DNA of 64,000 nucleotides from NCBI RefSeq assembly GCF_056712565.1, contig NZ_CM160072.1; one strand, 5' to 3'. Shown piece by piece: positions 57,955 to 64,000 of this stretch (position 1 is its first letter; each line of letters starts with the position of its first letter). The notes under the pieces were generated by a model. It saw only the letters and a program-made list of their open reading frames with translations, ran no database searches and was not told where the DNA came from. The position numbers and the translations under genes were made by a program.

Positions 57955-58913
57955 TCGCTAATCCATGCCTGACGTTGTGCCGCCACTTCGGCGGGTGTGA
58001 ACTCTAGCGTGGTGGCTGGTTTGGTCAATTGTTCAAATCCTGCAGGCAGAGTGACGTTTGCTACCGGATACATCCAGTTGCCGGTTGGGATCGCATTCTG
58101 AAAAGCCGGAGAAACCATAAACTGGAGGAATTTTTGCGCCAGCTCTGGCTGCTTGCTGGCAGCGGTGCGGGCGGCAACTTCCACCTGCAGATAGTGACCT
58201 TCGATAAAGTTTGTGGCGGCGTAGTTATCTTTCTTCTCTTCGAGAATGTGATAAGCCGGAGAGGTGGTGTAACTCAGTACCAGATCGCTTTCGCCTTTTA
58301 AAAACAGGCCGTAGGCTTCGCTCCAGCCTTTGGTGACCGTGACAGTTTTCTTCGCCAGTTTCTGCCAGGCTTGCGGGGCGTTATCGCCATAGACTTTTTG
58401 CATCCATAGCAACAGACCCAGCCCCGGTGTACTGGTACGTGGATCTTCATAAATCACCCGCCAGTTTTGATCGCTCTCAACCAGTTCTTTCAGGCTTTGC
58501 GGCGGATTTTTCAGTTTGTTCTTGTCATAGACGAAGGCGAAATAGCCGTAATCATACGGTACGAAAGTGTCATTATTCCAGCCGCCAGGAACGTTAACGG
58601 CTTCCGCTGCCACACCGCTTTTAGCAAACAGCTCTGTTTTGCTGGCGGCGTCTAACAGATTGTTATCCAGCCCCAGCACCACATCGGCTTTACTGTTTTT
58701 GCCTTCCATCCGCAGACGGTTGAGAAGCGAAACGCCATCTTCCAGCGCCACCAGTTTCAGTTCGCAATTACAGTCTGCTTCAAAGGCTTTTTTGACTACC
58801 GGACCAGGTCCCCAGTCAGCGGCAAAGGAATCGTAGGTATAAACAGTCAGAACAGGTTTAGCGAAAACAGGCGCTGTGCACAGCAACAGCAGGGGAAGAC
58901 ATTTTTTTAACAC
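57930..58913 (-). CDS. thiB: Thiamine/TPP-binding periplasmic protein ThiB (TbpA)
   Basis: ORF 57930..58925; start set to GTG 58913 (VLKKCLPLLLLCTAPVFA signal peptide), 327 aa; overlaps thiP start. Confidence 0.9.
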   Translation of the reverse strand: MLKKCLPLLLLCTAPVFAKPVLTVYTYDSFAADWGPGPVVKKAFEADCNCELKLVALEDGVSLLNRLRMEGKNSKADVVLGLDNNLLDAASKTELFAKSGVAAEAVNVPGGWNNDTFVPYDYGYFAFVYDKNKLKNPPQSLKELVESDQNWRVIYEDPRTSTPGLGLLLWMQKVYGDNAPQAWQKLAKKTVTVTKGWSEAYGLFLKGESDLVLSYTTSPAYHILEEKKDNYAATNFIEGHYLQVEVAARTAASKQPELAQKFLQFMVSPAFQNAIPTGNWMYPVANVTLPAGFEQLTKPATTLEFTPAEVAAQRQAWISEWQRAVSR

Positions 58914-58957
58914 TTTGCACCTCACAAAAGAGTGGCAAAGGACTTGAGAAGGAGCCT

Positions 58958-59036
58958 CAAATCCCTTCGCCGGCGTTATCCGGATCAGGTTCGACGGGTA
59001 TTTTCTCAGCGCACGCGGCTGCGTGGCACCCCGTTG
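58958..59036 (-). promoter_or_regulatory. TPP riboswitch (THI-box) in the thiBPQ leader; source of the SroA sRNA
   Basis: Minus-strand transcript contains GGGGTGCC...GCTGAGA...ACCTGATCCGGATAACGCCGGCGAAGGGA, the conserved THI-element core. Confidence 0.7.
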
Positions 59037-59076
59037 AGAACGGCGTTAGTGTAGTGATTTTGTTATCAACCAGCAA

Positions 59077-60732
59077 TCATGGATCCGGTGGTGCAAACCA
59101 CGCTGATTTAAAATCGAACCAGCCGAGGGTGTTCATGCGCAGGCCGCGCATACTACGTTGCCCCTGAATGATCAGCCAGTGGTGGATAAGTGGCACCATT
59201 GCTTTGCTGGCGACCAGTTGTTGGCACCAGTTCGCCAGATTCATTTCGCCATTGCGCCAGCGGGCGGCGTCGGCTTGCCAGTCGATCGGAATACAGTGTT
59301 GGAGCAGCGGCACCTCGCACAAGTGCGCGAACAGCGAAAAATCCAGCGGCAGCGTAAAGTTGGCGCTGTTAAGCCAGATATCGCTCTCGATCTCTCCTTC
59401 ATGCCACTGATCGTAGCTGATCTCTTTGATTTCCAGCGTGACCTGGTGACTTGCCAGAATCTGCTGCATGATCCCGGCAATCACCCGATGCTCGCTGTGA
59501 TCCTGATAAAAGGTCAGGGTGAGGCTTTCCAGACCAGCCGGTTTTTCGCTCTTTATGGTGCGGGCATGGTGCCAACGGGGGAGCAGTCCATAAGCCGGGA
59601 ACCACAGTTGCTGGTACTGTTCCTCAGCGAAATAGACCAGATTCGTCGGAGAAAGCACATAGCTTACCCAGTCTCTGACTTGCTGATTCGCCCCTCGATG
59701 GGTGCGGCTGTCGAACAGTAAATAGTAGCAACCTTCCTCCAGGCGGCTTTCAATCTCTTTTTCCTCGCCCTGTGGACCTTTTAGCATCAGCCCTCCGGCT
59801 GGCTCGTCGGCAATTTCCGGCAGAACCCAGACGTTAACTTCGTCGATTAATGCCCGGTAACCGAAGAAGTCATCGAATGCCTGAATTTTCAGTTGATTGG
59901 TGCTGTTGCGGATCACCGCATACGGACCGGTGCCGATGGGATGGCTGGCAAAGTTACTGAGGGTTTCCCATTCGCGCGGCAGGATCATTGCCGGAACTTG
60001 CCCCAGCAGTAACGGCAACCAGCGGTCCGGTTGCGTGAGATGGATATCCAGCGTCCAGGGCGTCGGCGACACAATGTTAGCAATATGCGAATAGAGCGGA
60101 AGCGTATTGATTCGTTTTAAAGAGGCGATCACATCGTCCATTTCCAGTTCACGACCATGGTGAAAATGGACTCCTGGACGCAAAAAGAAACGCCAGTGAA
60201 GCGGTGATATTTGCTGCCAGTGGTGTGCGATGTCTGCTTCCAGTTCCCCATTTTCCTCATTTATGCGCGTTAGCGAACTGAAGATTTGCCGGGCGATATG
60301 GGTTTCAGAACGGCGCAATGCGCTGCCAGGTAGCAGATTACGCAACGGACGATAGTAGAGCACGCGCAGGATGTGCCGCCCCTGGCGGAAGCTGCGGCCC
60401 AGATGAGAAACCAGCATTTGCCGCACAGTCGCTTTGTCGCCAACCAACTGCACTAGTTGGTCGATACGATCCTGCTCCAGCAGGTCTTCCGCCCGCTGTT
60501 GCTGAAGCGCCAGCCCGGTATAGAGGAATGTCAGGCGTGAACGTTTACCGCGCCCGACTTCCGCTTCCCACGTCAGCCAGCCGCGATCCTGCATGGTGTT
60601 GAGCAGGGTGCGCATATGACGACGCGAGCAACTCAGTAACGCTGCCAGTTCGTTGAGCGTGGTCTCCTGAGATTTACCCTCGCAGCATTGCCACAGGCGG
60701 ATGAACTGTTGTTGCAGACGAGCAGATGGCAT
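59077..60732 (-). CDS. sgrR: Transcriptional regulator SgrR
   Basis: ORF 59077..60753 trimmed to ATG 60732 ([33 protein letters not shown]...), 551 aa. Confidence 0.93.
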
Positions 60733-60799
60733 AAAAGGGGAACTCCTGCGCAAAAGACAGCAATTTTATTTTCCCTATATTAAGTCAATAATTCCTAAC

Positions 60800-61027
60800 G
60801 ATGAAGCAAGGAGGTGCCCCATGCGTCAGTTTTATCAGCACTATTTTACCGCGACAGCGAAGTTGTGCTGGTTGCGTTGGTTAAGCGTCCCACAACGATT
60901 AACCATGCTTGAAGAGCTGATGCAGTGGGAGGGGAGTCATTCTGACTACTGATTTGCGGACATCATGTGTGACTGAGTATTGGTGTTAATCGCCACGCCA
61001 GCAGTGATTATCTGCTGGCTTTTTTCT
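60800..61027 (+). ncRNA. sgrS: Small regulatory RNA SgrS (dual-function, glucose-phosphate stress)
   Basis: Divergent from sgrR; 5' GATGAAGCAAGGAGGTGCCCC; base-pairing seed GTGTGACTGAGTATTGGTG; terminator ccagcagtgattatctgctgg + T-run at 3' end. Confidence 0.8.
60821..60952 (+). CDS. sgrT: Small protein SgrT encoded within SgrS
   Basis: 43-aa ORF MRQFYQHYFTATAKLCWLRWLSVPQRLTMLEELMQWEGSHSDY; SD aaggagg upstream. Confidence 0.7.
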   Translation: MRQFYQHYFTATAKLCWLRWLSVPQRLTMLEELMQWEGSHSDY

Positions 61028-61059
61028 TTTTGGCGATTGAGTGCCGGACGGTGTACAAA

Positions 61060-63076
<2,017 letters not shown>

Positions 63077-63078
63077 GA

Positions 63079-64000
<922 letters not shown>

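Overview
This 64 kb window is an Escherichia coli chromosomal segment that I recognise (from memory of the K-12 map, no search run) as collinear with the nhaA-nhaR-rpsT-ribF-ileS-lspA-fkpB-ispH-rihC-dapB-carAB-caiFEDCBAT-fixABCX-yaaU-kefFC-folA-apaHG-rsmA-pdxA-surA-lptD-djlA-rluA-rapA-polB-araDAB-araC-yabI-thiQPB-sgrR-sgrS-leuDCB region. Almost all of it is conserved core genome. Differences from the K-12 arrangement visible in the sequence: (1) a 1.83 kb AT-rich insertion carrying two uncharacterised co-oriented genes that replaces the last 11 codons of araC and is flanked by a 9-bp direct repeat, which is the best candidate for an undescribed system; (2) a ccdA/ccdB-like toxin-antitoxin pair between folA and apaH with ccdB split by a +1 frameshift; (3) an IS200-type element between carB and caiF; (4) an extra DUF805-type membrane protein gene between rihC and dapB; (5) a 2-bp deletion in the lptD signal-peptide codons; (6) no IS1 between nhaR and rpsT, no yabP/yabQ between djlA and rluA, and no setA between sgrS and leuD. 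Gene starts were re-chosen where the ORF track over-extends. All coordinates of non-coding elements are approximate.
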